Part shown: positions 50,500 to 64,000 of the stretch, in pieces | Layout of the letters: each line of letters begins with the position of its first letter | How positions within the stretch are numbered: position 1 is the first letter of the stretch | Assembly (NCBI GenBank): GCA_965287045.1 | Contig: OZ336872.1 | Location: forward strand, 46,066,001 to 46,130,000 | Source of the DNA: Carcharhinus amblyrhynchos | Taxonomy: Eukaryota | Reading direction: 5' to 3' | DNA length: 64,000 bases | Program-made: the position numbers and the translations under genes | The notes under the pieces: model-generated | What the model saw: the letters and a program-made list of their open reading frames with translations, nothing else | Database searches by the model: none | Told to the model about the DNA's origin: nothing

Positions 50500-53400
50500 T
50501 TGTATGGGTCAGGATGCCAACATCATCCAACTTTATTCCTGGGTGGAATTGAAGGCAAGCGGGGAACTCCATGCGGCTGTTGGGAAAGGCAATGAAATAT
50601 TCCACAGCAATTAATATTCCAGTGGGCAGTTAAGTTCTATATTAACCAAGAATTCTGCATTGAACATGCAGCAGACCTGTGGAGCCAAGCTGTATGGAAC
50701 ACACAAGGGTCATTAAGATGGGGGAGTACATCTTCAGTGAAACTGACTTACTGGGAAGCCTTTGGTCAGTGAAACTGAAGAGCAGCAGTCATGGTCAGGT
50801 CAGAGGTTTCTACTCAGAACACTCATTCTAAGGGAGTGCTTTCATTGCTTGACAGGTGATTACTAACTTCTTGCAAGTTAACTTCGCCTGTCTTGCACCT
50901 CACTCAGTGTGTTACAGCAGTACTTCCCTGCTGCCAACCTTCACCCCGGCTTGAGAGTGGCTCATCCAGAAATTACATGCACTTCTGATGAAGATGATGA
51001 AGCACAGTAACACCAACATCAGCAACACCAGCTGCCTTTGCCTTAGGCATATATTGTTCCACAGGAAAAGGACATGTACACAGACATCCAGATCCAAGAA
51101 GCCAAAACCCTTAACACAGGGGCGACAGGTAGCAAGATCAACTCTCTTGACATGTAGGACAAGACATTGCTGATATTTGCAATCTCCTGGAACAATGGGG
51201 GGAGGTTCTCCGGACCCGCTATGGGAATCGCAGTGGCCCGGAGAATCTGGTGATGGCAGAAAAATAGGTTTCATGCCGGGTGACAAACCTGCTGTGGTTC
51301 TTTGGGCCCACTACACCAGCCCTGATCAGGTTTCCACCCAATAATTATTCAAAAAGCCTGGTTTAAATGCAATTAGAGGGCTTGAAATCCCATTCAAATC
51401 CCCACCACCATTCACCTGTCTCTCCAGCACCAGGCAGGTGTTGGTGAAGGTCTTGATACTTGTGAACTTGTGGTGTTGGACCTTGAGGGGCTTGGGGGGG
51501 AGGGGTCAAGGAGGTAAGTGCAATGAGCATGTGCCCTCTGCCTTTGCCAAGCTGCAGAAGAGAATCCCTCAAGTGTGATAGAGCTTGGGTGGGCGCAGGC
51601 TGGGGATCTCTTGGCTAGACTGTCCCTTCCAGGTTCTGGAAACATGAAGATCGCTCCTGGCATGATGATTTCAGGTATCTCACTGATCAAAGTCTTCATT
51701 CTGGTTTGTTGACTGTGAAAGATTTAAAGTGGGCTGGACCTTCTAATCTCTATTCCTCCTGGCAGGCTTCCAAATCCCAGCAGCTCTCCATTCAACAGAA
51801 TGGATTTCCCTTCCCCTCACCCTAAGAAGCTGCAGATGTGAGAAGACCTCTTTCAAGTTCACTGACAGACAGAGGTCAATCACTTTCACTGGAGGAGGGG
51901 ATTTCCTTCCCCACAGCTGCTCATTTAGTCTTATTCTTTTAACAGTATTTATTTCAAGTCTTTGAGACTTTATAGATAGGTGAAAACCTTTGAAATCCCT
52001 TCAAATCTTGTGAAAAGCCTTGTTTCCATTCAATTTCAGTCCATTCCTTTTAACTATCCTTGAATTGACAGCTGAATAGACTTTAGACAGCATATTGTCA
52101 GCTTTGTTTGTTGATTTTTCCCTTTACAGTGACCACAGACAAAAGACATAAACACAGAAATTCAGGTCCAAGAAGCCAAAACTCCAACAAAAGGTCTTAC
52201 TGGTAGCGAGATCAACTCTCTTGACATGCAGGCCATGTCATGGCTGGCATCTGCAGCCTCCTGGAATGATGGGAGGGATTCTCCAGGTCTAATAGCCCGG
52301 ACAGGAATCACGTTGGTCCAGAGAGTTGGGCTTTGATGAGCTAGTGAGATTGCATGCAGAGTGAAAAATTGGAGCAGAGGCAGGATCACGGCCAGGCAGT
52401 GCCTGCTGTTCCCTGGCAATGCCCACCAGCCACCCTGGCAGTGCCCACTGGGCACCATAACTATGCCAGAGGCAGTCCAAAGGGGTGGGACTTTAAGGGT
52501 GAAGCTATGACCAAAGAGGGTCAAGGAGGGAGCTCTGTAGAGGAAGGAACGGAGATCTGCAGAGGAAGTGAGATCTGCAGGGTGGGGGAAGAGAGTTCTA
52601 CAAGGGGGAGGCAAGGGGGTGTTCTGGGGGGGGGCAGGGAGGGAGTTCTATCAGGAAGGGAGGCAAGTGAAGAGCTCTGCAAGGTGGGGAGAGGGCTCAA
52701 CATTGGGGGAGCTCTGCAGACCGGGGTTGATCTGCGGGTACCAGGGGAGGGAAACTAGCAAAAGGGCTTATCGGCAAACAGGTGGTGATTGGCAGAAGAG
52801 GGGGACCAGCACAGGGCAGGGTTGTGAGAGTGAGCCGAAAAGGGAGTTGTGACTGGGGACTATCAAAAGATCCCAATGCCAGTGACCGTGTTGCCATGGC
52901 GGGCTTACACTGCCACTGATAATGTTTGGGGGGAGGAGGTGATGTGTGTGGGTGGGGGTGGGGAACAGTGGCAGGAGATCTCCCAATTCACTGGCAGATC
53001 AAGGTGCCTGTGCAATGGAACTCTAAGCAGTCAGAAGTCAGCTTCAACAGCAAGCTTTGGCTCTGTCCCTCAACTGCTGAGAATCGCACTGCTGTCCGAA
53101 AAAAGTGACATTGTCATAAGATTGCATTTTGAACTCGTCATCCATTTGTTCATCGATTTGGCACTTTTCAGAAGATCGCCCCACCCCCCCACCCGCCCCA
53201 ACCCTTCCCTCCATCCCAAGTGACATTTTGGATAAGACAACCCGTTTGATTCACACCAGACATGCCGGCGTAAATCAGATTGCAATTTTCCCATGTTTAA
53301 TCCCATTTTTTTGGGAGTGCATCGGTTCTGATGGGGCTGAGGCCAAAACACGCCAGTAATTCCAGCTTCACAGAGATCAGGACCCCAAATCTCAAATTGA

Positions 53401-54010
53401 AATTCAGCACCCCCTCCCTTCCCCCACAGACATTGGGCAGCATTCCTTCTCCCCATATTGAAGTGATGCTTACCCAACACCCTCCCTAACAATTATCATC
53501 AGTCAGCATTGGGGGCCTCCTAATGAGTCCCCCTTCATGAACGCCATCCCCACCCCGCTTTGTGCCCCAGCCCCCTCAGGCTCCACCTTCCACAAGGCCC
53601 TTCTGCCCTTGGCACTGCCCCTATTACCCTGGTAGTGCCCATGTGTCAATGCCAATCTGTCAGTTCCAGGGTACTAGCTGGCACAGCCAGATGGGCAATG
53701 TCTGGTCATGTACCCAAACACCAGAGGATTCAATGGCCTCCAATTTCCCTTGGCGTAGCCATCACACCTAGTCTCCATTCGCAGAGACCAATAGTGAATC
53801 TCGCCAGGCTCCCACTGCACTTGAGAGTTGGAAAATCCCAGCAGCAGGGAAGATCTAGCCTTGCATGGACTGGTTCCTGCCTTTATACCTGTGAGCAGTG
53901 GTTGGGAAGATATTGATAGGTTTGGGACAGTGTAGAAGGCAATAAATCGCTCACTGCGATTCTCCGGCCCTGTTCCACTGTAAGGCATTCTGTGCCAGGT
54001 GCAACATAAC
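50500..54010. mobile_element. Cluster of Harbinger-type elements and transposase N-terminal remnants
   Basis: GC-rich; TIR-like gggtggaattg, ggagaatct and gattctccgg motifs; HR..R..KINSLDM-like remnants at ~51110 and ~52190. Confidence 0.55.
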
Positions 54011-54184
54011 CAGAAAATCATGGCTCATGTTAATTAGTTTACTATTGAAAGAAGCACAGTGAACTAGTTCAGTGCCTTAGAGAATCATAAATAAATGACT
54101 GTTGTAATGAGAAGGAAAAAAAGTGGGAGAATAGTTTTAGATCAATGTATATTGATATAATTCTGCTTCTTAACATTTAATGCC

Positions 54185-54545
54185 ATAGAATCATAGAATG
54201 ATTGCAGCACAAATGTCCATTCGGTCTGTCCTGTCTGTATCAACTTTCTCAAGAGCAACTTACTTCATCCCACTCCCCCATATTTTCCCCATTGTCATGA
54301 TATTTTGCTCCACAGATAATCAGTCAATTTGCTTTTGAAAGCCACAATTTAATCTGTCTCCACCACAATCTCAGACTGTGCACTCAGCATCCTAACCACT
54401 GTCTGCAGATGTTTTCTTGTGTCACCTTTGGTTTTTTTCGCCATTCACCGTAAATCGATGGCATCTGCCTTTCACCGCCTCTGTCAATGGGAACAATTTC
54501 TCCCTATCTATTTTATCCAGAACCCTCATGAGTTTAAATCAATTC
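54185..54545 (-). mobile_element. Old CR1 3' end
   Basis: catagaatcatagaatg tail; reverse CR1 3' phrases. Confidence 0.7.
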
Positions 54546-54581
54546 ATGACTTTCTCTCAGGAGGCTGCTATTCGACAGAAA

Positions 54582-54922
54582 GAAAGACTTACATTTTTAC
54601 AACACATTTCATGACCCCAGGACACCCCAAAGCACTTTACAACCCATCAAGTATTTTGAAATGTAATGATTGTAATGCGGGATCTGCAGCAATTTAACTG
54701 CATTGAGGGATTGATGGTAAGGACATGAAGGATAATTCTCCTCTCCTTCATAACAGTGTCATGGGATCTTTTACATCCATCTGAGATAAAAGATGGGGTC
54801 CGTGAAGTGCAGCATTCCCTCAGACCTACATTGGAATATCAGCCTAGGTTTTTGTGCTCAAGTCTCTGAACCCATGACCTTTTAACTCAGAGATAAAAAC
54901 TGCTACCAATGAAGACACATCT
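54582..54922 (-). mobile_element. DeuSINE (SacSINE1/AmnSINE1-like)
   Basis: Reverse complement has a tRNA-like head (ttggtagc..gggttc), Deu-domain ggatgtaaaagatcccatgacact and an L2-like tail aaagtgctttgggg..aatgtaagtctt. Confidence 0.7.
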
Positions 54923-56573
54923 AACACAGATTCGCTGACATTCAGATAACACACCTTACTCTTCCTGTATGGGCAGCCTCTTCCCTTAAAACCTTGTGCA
55001 ACAAGAAAATAATTCATCTTTATTGTTGTAATAAATTAATACTTGGAAAATTTCATCCCATTTTCTTAATTCTGAAGAAAAGTTCTCTCAATCAAACGTT
55101 TCTTGCCAGTTACCTGCACTGTTCACTCTTCTGCACCATAACCCACGTCCTTGTCCAGCAGTTAACTGTGATTAATTAAGTGGAATGCAAATATTAGAAG
55201 ATGACTAACTACTGATACTTAGGAAATACATGAGGTTGTTACAATTATTTTAATACACTTTGAACAACATACAAATACCAACTGCAAGAAGTGTCAGTCA
55301 ACATACACCTTAAAGATGTTTTTAACCAGCGTAAGATTAATTTATAAACTCCTGCATTACCTGTCTCAGGATTGAGAGAATTAAATGGCCTCTTCTATGA
55401 CTGTAGAACCAGCTGTAACTGGTCCTCAAACTGCTTTACTATTTGTCAAAATAAACAGTGCTTTTCCCAAAAGAGTTTCAGATAATTTTCTATGTTCTAT
55501 TTTTCTGACAGTAGACAACATTATATGATTTAGTTAGTCATACCTTGTAACAACTGAACCTGGAACCAAATGTATAAAAATTTGGTAATTTAAACAGGTA
55601 GACTAAATTTGGATTCAACATAATAAGTCAGAGTCAACAAAAATCAAAGCTGAGAATATTTTAAAGTTGGCAGATTAAGCTACACAGAGATATCATAAAC
55701 AAAATTACAAAATTTAATTCTTCTGGGATATGGCTGGATTCTAAAGGAATCAGCTTTCAAGCATCTGACTGACAATTAATTTGGAATTCTGACTGAAAGA
55801 ATAAATCCGATTCCTATTTCAGGTCTATGCGGCAGCTGCAAGATGCTATTTTTTGACCAGGGAATGTATCCAGACCAAACACAGCTATGTGTGTCCAATA
55901 CATGCACAAACCAAGGGTCCTCAGGATCAAGGAAAGATCAGTCCTTGGGCCTGATCTGCATAGCCTGCACAAGCTAACAGTGTGAGATATGTCTCCACAA
56001 ATAGATGACTTGAGCAATAGTATCAATGCCACGTCAGCCTTGGGTGAAGGGATTCAGCAGGCTTGAAGTTATTAAGGAAGGCTTGGTCGGGAGGATAAAG
56101 GGTGCATGTGGAGCATGGCAAACGTAATTCCTGTGAAGTCATGCGAGTACACTCGTTCTTCCCAGCTCTACAGGATGAGTTATTATCTTTACCTCATTAT
56201 TTCATAAAGGCAGCCCAAAATCTGCCTCACTTATCCCTAATGAATTTAGAAAATATGTTCTTTAATAAGAATCAGTTCCCTAATTTGTACATTTACAGTG
56301 AAACACAGAGGATTTACAGCATAGGAGGAAGCTCTGTGGCCTGCCATGTCTGGGCTGACCAAAAGAAATCCTGTCTAATCCCATTTTCCAACTCTCAGTT
56401 CATAGCCGGGGAGGTTATACACCTTTAATTGCCTTGCCAAGCACTTTCTTAAATTGGTTGAGGGTTTCTAACTTTATCAGTCTTCTGACAATGAGTTGCA
56501 GACTCCCACCACCCTGTGGGTGGAAAAAGAAATCTTGTCACTTTCCTCTCTAAACCTCCTGCCAATTACTGGA

Positions 56574-56848
56574 TGTTCAATAATGCAGTAACTGGAGGCG
56601 ACTCGATGTGGTTCCCACAATGAAGAGTTCATTAAACTAGAATAACTACATCCAAGATAAGGGTCTGACAGATTATATGCACAAGTCTACTCCCTTCTCT
56701 TCCCTGGTTCCAGCTGAAGGTCCTCTCTGTCCCAGGATGCTCGCCATCTCTCCAGATTAGCCTGGCTTCCCACGCATCCACTCCACAGAGTACAGCCCAA
56801 TCATGTAGCCCACAAAGGATTGCCCCTTAAAGGGGCCACGTTAAACAT
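56574..56848. mobile_element. Possible solo LTR
   Basis: tgttcaa ... ttaaaca termini, ccccttaaagggg near one end; no TSD seen. Confidence 0.35.
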
Positions 56849-56869
56849 GCCTACAAATAAACGTACCTA

Positions 56870-58750
56870 TAAACATCAAACATAGTAAGTGTGTAGTAGA
56901 CTGCATGCCAAAGAAGCAAATCCGTGTGTTTGCCAACCAGAAACTATGGGTGAACAGGGATATTCACTGCTTGCTGAAGTCCAGATCTGAGGTGATGCTG
57001 ACCTATACAAGAAATCCAGGTACAATCTACAGAGATCTATCAAAGATGCTAAAAGACAGCACTGGACCAAGCTAGCGTCTCAGGCTAGCCACATGGACTC
57101 CCACCAACTATGGCAAAGTCTACAGGATATAACAGGCTACAAGATTTTCGGTATATAGAATTGCCGGCATCAACGCACTGCTCCCTGATGAATTCAACCG
57201 TTTTGAGCAAGGAGTCATGAGAGCACACCTTCTGCCCCGGAGGCCTCGGCTGAATCAGTATTCGAAGTCACCATTCCAGATGTCAGATCAGCCTTCGTGA
57301 ATGTCAAGCCATGAAAAGCAACTGGCCTGGATGGGGTACCCAGCAAGCACTCAGCTCTTGTGCAGACTAGCTAGTGGGGGTATTGGCAGATATCTTTAAC
57401 CTCTTCTTACACCGATCTGAGGTCCCTTTCTGCTTCAAGAAGACAACAATCATCCCTGTACTAAAGAAAATCCAAGCAGCGTGTCTTAATGACTATAGCC
57501 CAGTGGCTCTGACATTCATCATTGCTTTGAAAGGTTAGTCATGGCATGAATCAGTCTCCCAGATTGACTGGATCCACTACAGTTCATCTATTACCACAAA
57601 AGGTCCATAGCAGATGCCACCTCCCTGATCCTACACTCAAGCCTGGAACACCTGGATAACAAAGACACATATGTCAGACTCCTATTTATTGATCAGAGCT
57701 CAACCTTCAAATCCATTATTCCTAAAAAACTCATTTCCAAACTCTGTGACCTGGGCCTCAGCTTCTCCCTCCGTGAATGGATCCTCGACTTCCTAACACT
57801 CAGACTGCAGTCAGTCAGGATAGGCAACAATGTCGCCTCCACAAGCATCCTCCAAACCAGTGCCCCAAAATGTTGTGTTCTCAGCCCCTTACTATGCTCC
57901 TTATAAATCCATGACTGTGTGGCCAAATTCCCTTCCAACTAGATTTTCAAATTTGATGTCACCACCATAGTGGTTGTATCTTAAACGATGATGGACAAAG
58001 TACAGGAAAGAGAAAGAGAATCTGGCGAACTGGTACAATGACAATAGTCTCTCCCTCAACGTCAGTAAAATAAAGGAGATAGTCATCGAACTCAGGAAGC
58101 ATTGTGGACGGTATACCCGTCTACATCAATAGGGGTGAAGTGGAAGTGGTTGACAGCTTCAAGTTTCTAAATGTCCAGATCACTAACAACCTGTCCTGAT
58201 CCCTCCAGGCCGACGTTATAGTTAACAAAGCCCAACAATGCCTCTACTTTCTCAGGAGATTAAGAAAATTTGGCATGTCTGTTACGACTCTACTAACTTT
58301 TACAGGTGTACCATCATAGAAAGCATTTTTTTTGATTGTATTGCAGCTTGGTATGGTTCCTGCTCTGTCCAAGACTGCAATAAACTACAAAGTCCAGTCC
58401 ATCACACAAACAACTGCCCATCCACTGATTCTGTCCACACTTCCTGCTGCCTCGGAAAAGTAGCCAGCATAACTAAGGACCCCTTGCACCCCGGACATAT
58501 TCTCTTCCACCTTATTCAGTTGGGGAAAAAAGATACAAAGGTCTGAGGTCATGTATCAAGCGACTCAAGAGCAGCTTCTTTCCTGCTGCCATCAGACTTT
58601 TGAATAGACCTACCTTATTTTAAGCTGATCTTTCTTTGCACCCTAGCTATGACTGTAACACTACATTCTGCACTCTTCTTTGTATGCTTTGTATGGTGCG
58701 TAAGAAACACTATCTGGAATACATATGACAATAATAAATTAAATCAAATT
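56870..58750 (+). mobile_element. Rex1/Babar-clade LINE, decayed RT and 3' end
   Basis: CFKKTTIIPVLKK..CLNDYSPVALT; [17 protein letters not shown]; [29 protein letters not shown]; CVLSPLL..HDCVA; KAQQCLYFLRRL; (atcaa)n tail. Confidence 0.9.
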
Positions 58751-58789
58751 ATTACCACAGATAAGTAGTTTGATAATTTAACAAAAGTA

Positions 58790-59640
58790 GAATAGTCAAG
58801 AGGGTGGTGAGGTAGAGCTGGATGTTGTCAATGTCTGAGGGAGATACGTAGATGAGAAATAGGATGGGTTATGGAGAAATTCTTTGGGGACTGAAGAGGT
58901 ATTTGTGCCAGAGCAGGATGAGAAGCCATTCCAAGTAATGCTCTGGCTACGATTAGATACTTGAGAATTGAATTACATGAAAGCAATCCTCCTCAGTTGG
59001 TTGAAAGTGCAAAAGTGTTGGAGGAAAATGGTGTGGTTAAATGTGATAAAAGCTGCATACAGATCGAGAAAGGCAAGGGGGGGTGGGGGAGTTTATTTTT
59101 ATCACAGTAACATAGATTTGATCTGATTTATTTTTGTCACATGTGTTGGCAGACAGTGAAAAGCATTGTTTCTTGCCCACTATACAGACAAAGCATGCTG
59201 GTCATAGAGAAGGAAAGGAGAGGAGAGAATGTAGTGTTACAGTTATAGCTAGGATATAGAGAAAGATCACCTTATTGCAAGGTAGGTGCATTCAAAAGTC
59301 TGATAGCAGCAGGGAAGAAGCTGTTCTTGAGTCGATTGGTACGTATTCTCAGACTGGAGTCATTTGGATGCCATAGGATGGAATTTTGAGACATTTGTCT
59401 TTGATAAAAGTTGTTTCAGTAGGGAAAGAACCCAGAACAGAGGCAAAACCTGATTGAAGGAATTCAAACATAGTGGTCTGGGAAAGATGGCAACAGATTT
59501 GCGAGGCTGCAACAGAGTTGAAAGAATAGGAGGTGGGTCTCATAGACAAGATGAGCTCAGATGAGATAAAAGAAACTACAAAAAGATGCAACTTTTTCAG
59601 GACTAAGATGGAGGGAGCACTCAAGTAAATCTGGCAGATT
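58790..59640 (-). mobile_element. L2 LINE RT fragment
   Basis: MFEFLQSGFAS..PTETTFIK (cf. QSGFR..HSTETAL); LDL.AAF motif near 59050. Confidence 0.6.
59115..59350 (-). mobile_element. Rex1/Babar 3' end inserted in L2
   Basis: Reverse complement of 58545-58750 (gactcaagaacagcttcttccctgctgc..tagctat..ctgtaacactacattct..aataaatcagatcaaatc). Confidence 0.85.
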
Positions 59641-59739
59641 GACTCGTGGAAGGATTGGACATGGCTGAGGCAACTGATCAGATGGTCTTGAAATTAGTGG
59701 CAACATTAAATGTGGTAATCTCAGAGACTCTTGTTATTA

Positions 59740-60335
59740 CCTCTTTAAAATATTCAATGTTAGCCAGGCATAATCTTCCGTCACCAAGTCCGTGGTGACC
59801 GCCTTTGATTAATTTGTGCCTAAATGCAAATTTATACCATTACTCAGAATTGTTTACAATCATTTATCAATCACTAAGTTGAGGTTGACTGGTCTGTAAT
59901 TTATCAGTCCAGCCCTTTCTCTCCTTTTCAACAAGGGTACAATTTTACCTGTTTTCCAGTACCACACATGTAGCCAGAGAGGATTAGAAAACAATGGAGT
60001 TGCCATTATGTCCTCCCTTCTCTTAGCAACCTCAGATACATTTCATCCAGATCAAGAAATTTATACTTAAAAATGCTGAATGCCTTAATAATCCTCCCTC
60101 ACTATGTTTACCCCATCTAATATTTTACACTTCTCCCTAACTACAACGTCTGCATCATCCCCCATTTTTGTGAAAACAAATCCGAAGTCTTCATAAAAAC
60201 ATAAGTAGTAGGAGTAGGAATAGGCAATTCAACCCCTCAAGCTTGCCCTACCATTTAATACAATTGTGGCTGATCTCATCTCAGCTTCATCTCCACCTTC
60301 CTACCCGCTCCTCATAACACATCATCCCGTGACCC
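59740..60335 (-). mobile_element. Old CR1 fragments and 3' tail
   Basis: NYRPVNL motif on the minus strand; aacataagtagtaggagtagg tail. Confidence 0.6.
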
Positions 60336-60992
60336 TCTTCATCCATCTGCTTCATTATGAACAATCTCTAATTCACACCCAAGTTTCTTCTTTTGCATCT
60401 AATAGGCTCTTTTTTTTCTTAGTTTGCAAATACCTTTGGGTTTTCCTTGACTTTATAGGGCTTAAAGGGCCTTATGGCAGTTTTAGTCATCGACTTGGAA
60501 TGCCTACTCAAAGGATCTTGCAAATTTAACATGGCACCATCATCTGTCTAAATCGTCATAAATCTGTACTTGTGTCCTTTTTACATCCAAAAATAGGTGC
60601 ATGTTTGCAAAGTTTTTGGCAGATTCAGTTTCATCTCAGATCCTGAGGCAACCTGGTAAAGCAAATTTCAACTGATTCCCTGTTGACCACAAAGGGGAAT
60701 TCAGAATACACAAACAATATAACTTTGAAATATTTTGAAATGGTACTTCATTTTAAACAAGAGTTGATATTTTGCTATTCATTGCTATTTTAACAGAGGT
60801 GCTAGCTTACTTAAGGTGAAACTGCAAACACAAATTTATATCTGCTGCATAATGTTTCCTGGATAGGTGTCAATCTCTATCATCTAGGCTTGTATTGAAC
60901 CTGTAACAACTTCTATATATTGCTGTTAAGATATATTGAAAAATTATGTCAATGTCCACATTAGTGTAACCTCCTCAATATATAAAACACAG

Positions 60993-61149
60993 TGGGCAGA
61001 ATTTTGCCCTCGCGCCTACTACAGAAATTGTAGTTTGCGGGACACAGATCATGCAAAGGTCCATTGAGCTCGAGTGGGATTTTCTGGATTTAGATTGAGC
61101 GTGGCCAGAAAAATCCCGTCCAGTGCGAGTTAAAGGGTGCATTCCACCC
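60993..61149. mobile_element. Short Harbinger-type MITE
   Basis: gggcagaattttgccct ... agggtgcattccaccc; internal hairpin gggattttttctgg/ccagaaaaatccc. Confidence 0.6.
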
Positions 61150-62558
61150 TTTAAATACAAAAGGTGTAACAAGTAAAGCATTATAATGAAAATATAATTT
61201 AAGTAATTTAGTTATTTGTTCATAACTGGGAACATGGATTAATTTATTCAGTGAATTATATACTATATCTTTCAATGTTGTAGTTTAGAATTAATTTATC
61301 TAACTTCTATTTATTGATGACTTTAAGATTCATAATTACAGTTTTAGCACCAATGCCTGCTTTACACATCCTTCTTGATTTGGGGTTCAGTATAAATTCC
61401 AAAGGCATAATATTAACAAGCAGAACTACAGGCATTGTGTATTTCATAACATATGGTTGCTGCCACGGTTTCAGATAATAATTTATTCTGTAACAAGATT
61501 TTTTTCTCCACCAGTCCTGTTATTTCCTGATCAGTGTTACTAAAACTGCAGCTTAATTTGAAACAGGATTCACAGTGACTTATTGTCCAACTTTTTTTTT
61601 GGTTATGTGCTGTGATCTGTCACATTGTATTTTGAGTTTCTTCAAGCGGAGAGGAAAACCAGTTGATTTTATATTATTCTACTACAAAGTGTCCAAATCA
61701 TTTCTCACACCCAGGCCTGATCTTACATCCGCTGCCACTGCAGTAACTTACATGTGCAGCCTTCATTCTCACAGTTGTTCCTCTCCATCTTCTGTCACTT
61801 CTCTTCCAAATCAAGCCAGTTACATACCCTGTGATGTTTCACTCCTCAACAAGTGAGCCATTGATCTTTTACATGAATCAAACTGAATTTAAAAATCTGA
61901 TACCAATACTATGGTGTTGATAACTCGAAACAACACAATCCCTTCCTTATACACCACACAATATGTGGAATTCAAAACAAAAACAGATCAACAATGATCT
62001 TATTGACTAGCAGAGCTCACTTGACAGGCTGAATGGTCTACTTATGCTTCTAATTCATGTGCCTACTAACCAATGAAATGAAAACGCTGGACAATGATTC
62101 AACACTGTTATGCTTCCACTCAAACATTTAATTTGCCAAACGATCTGTTACAAAGACATCACTCTTACGCCTTGAACAGTAATACTGGAAATGCACCAGA
62201 TTATGCAGCAAATTATGCCCCCAGGGATGACCTAATGGTCTTGAATTTCGAGATTACAAAAGTCACTTTTTTTTTATTCCGGAGTCCAAACAGACCACTT
62301 TTCCAATTAACAAGCCCAAGACAAGGAAACCAACAATTCAGTTATTTTCAAACTGCAAATGTAATCTGTAAGTGATTCTCAGTATAACTTTCTATAACCT
62401 GAAAACCTCTTTGGATAGCAATTGGCATTTTTTTTTGCCCAAATAAGCACTATAAAAGTGACAGGTGAGAAGAGATAGCTGCATAATGGCAATGTCACTG
62501 TACTAGTAATCCAAAAGCCCTGAGTAACGATCTTGGGATATGGATTCACTTTCCACTA

Positions 62559-64000
62559 CTCACTTGCTCTTTCTCCACAAGCCAGACCTGTTTTGTCTGC
62601 TGGACTGGAATACCTGCCACTCTCAAACAATTTGTTCTCGATTATTTCACACCACTTGCAGCATCACCTCAAGAGCAGTACCGTTGAACTTTGGGGCTTA
62701 TTTTGTAAATTGAGTTTACAATTTCTTACTGTGTTTTCCCCAGTCCAACGCCAGCATCTCCACATCATGACCTAGCAAGCCATTCAATTCCAGGTCAATT
62801 AGGGATTGACAACAAATTCTGCTCACACATCTCATTTGATAACGTTAAAAAGATAAGACATAGAATTAACAGCAGAGGAAGTGACCATTCACCCAACAGT
62901 TCATGCTAGCACTTATGCTCCACGAGAGCGATTTCCTTGGCCAGCACCAGAAGGTTGAACAATGTCCAGTAGTGGAGCTGACACACCTTACTGAGTTTCC
63001 AAGGGGGTGGCACTGGAATATTGGCTCTGCACCACTGGGGAGGAGTGGTGCTGAATCTGTGACAACCTTGAGGATCAGGAGGGTGGGATAGATTAACACC
63101 AACAAATGGTCAGTTCAGTGATTCAAGCTGGCTCTTTAACTAGGAAACGATTCCTGACTAAATTGTCCCTTAGTGTCAGGGAAATTAGTAAATACATGGG
63201 GTTACAAAGACAGGGCTCAGTGGGATTGTTGCTGGTGCGGGCTCGATAGGCCAAGTGGTCTCGTTCTGCACTGTAGGATTCTATGATTACATGAGAGACA
63301 CATGCATTAGCACTTCAAGAGCTAGGTGTCAGGACCCTGACATCAGCACCATTCCCTGGTCAAAGCAGTCATGGGATCTGAATTCCAAAGAGCTTAGACT
63401 TAGTGGCACAGAATGGAAAAATGGGGAAATTAGAATACTGGTTTGAACTGGACTATGGGGGAAAGGGAATTTGGTAGCTGTTCAAGGAAAATAACAGATC
63501 CAACATTCTGAATAAATACCAAGGACTTGTTTATATGAGAAGAGTGAAGTTTGGAAGTGCAGGCTCAATTTCGACAGCCAATATTGAAATGCAATGGCAG
63601 AGAGAAGTATGTAGCAGGAAATGGCATGGACAGGCACCTGAGGCAGGGCAGCCCAAAAGTTCAACGGTACTGCTCTTGAGATGATGCTATAAGTGGTGTG
63701 AAATAATCAAGGACAAATTGTTTGAGAGTGGCAGATATTCCAGTCCAGCAGACTAAACAGGTCTGGCTGATGGAGAAAGAGCAAGTGAGCAGATGCAGCT
63801 TTGGAAGGAGGATCTGGGCAAAATTATGTAAGAAATTCAATTACTTCCTTCGATCCAGCGACATGCACCTGGGTCTACGGCCAACAGCAGATGCAGCAGC
63901 TGAACAATCTGAGTGTGCCTGGTACTCTCAAACATGGGAGATCTGTGTACCAAAGATAATTACTGGTCCATCAGCAAGGCTCAAATCCCTAACGCTTTGC
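62559..64000. mobile_element. Probable Penelope-like remnant with inverted duplicated segment; V-SINE tail inserted at ~63165-63292
   Basis: 62559-62697 is an inverted copy of 63651-63789 and is joined to the same terminus as the 37934 element (ttcttactgtg..cagtccaacgccagcatctccacatcat). Confidence 0.5.

Overview
Eukaryotic, repeat-rich vertebrate DNA, most likely from a shark or other elasmobranch. The evidence is HE1-type V-SINEs, CR1 LINEs, Penelope-type ends and Harbinger MITEs; the species cannot be determined. The only host coding sequence I can support is a minus-strand exon at 176-311 whose last 55 nt encode a contactin-3/4/6-type signal peptide (MMLLWKLLLLQSFIGCLA-, closest to CNTN4). 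The other ~63.7 kb is therefore probably a giant 5' intron of that gene. It holds nested, mostly decayed transposons: a two-gene PIF/Harbinger element (Myb/SANT gene + transposase), many CR1 fragments, Rex1/Babar, L2, HE1 SINEs, a DeuSINE and Penelope-like remnants. Most notable are a near-perfect 602-bp palindrome (13346-13947), a 173-bp TSD-flanked hairpin retroelement with a hammerhead-ribozyme core on the gene's sense strand (37934-38106), and an unexplained ~2.3-kb non-repeat segment (9410-11700). Nearly all listed ORFs are spurious or TE-derived. All identifications were made by eye from recalled family motifs; TE boundaries are approximate unless a TSD is given.
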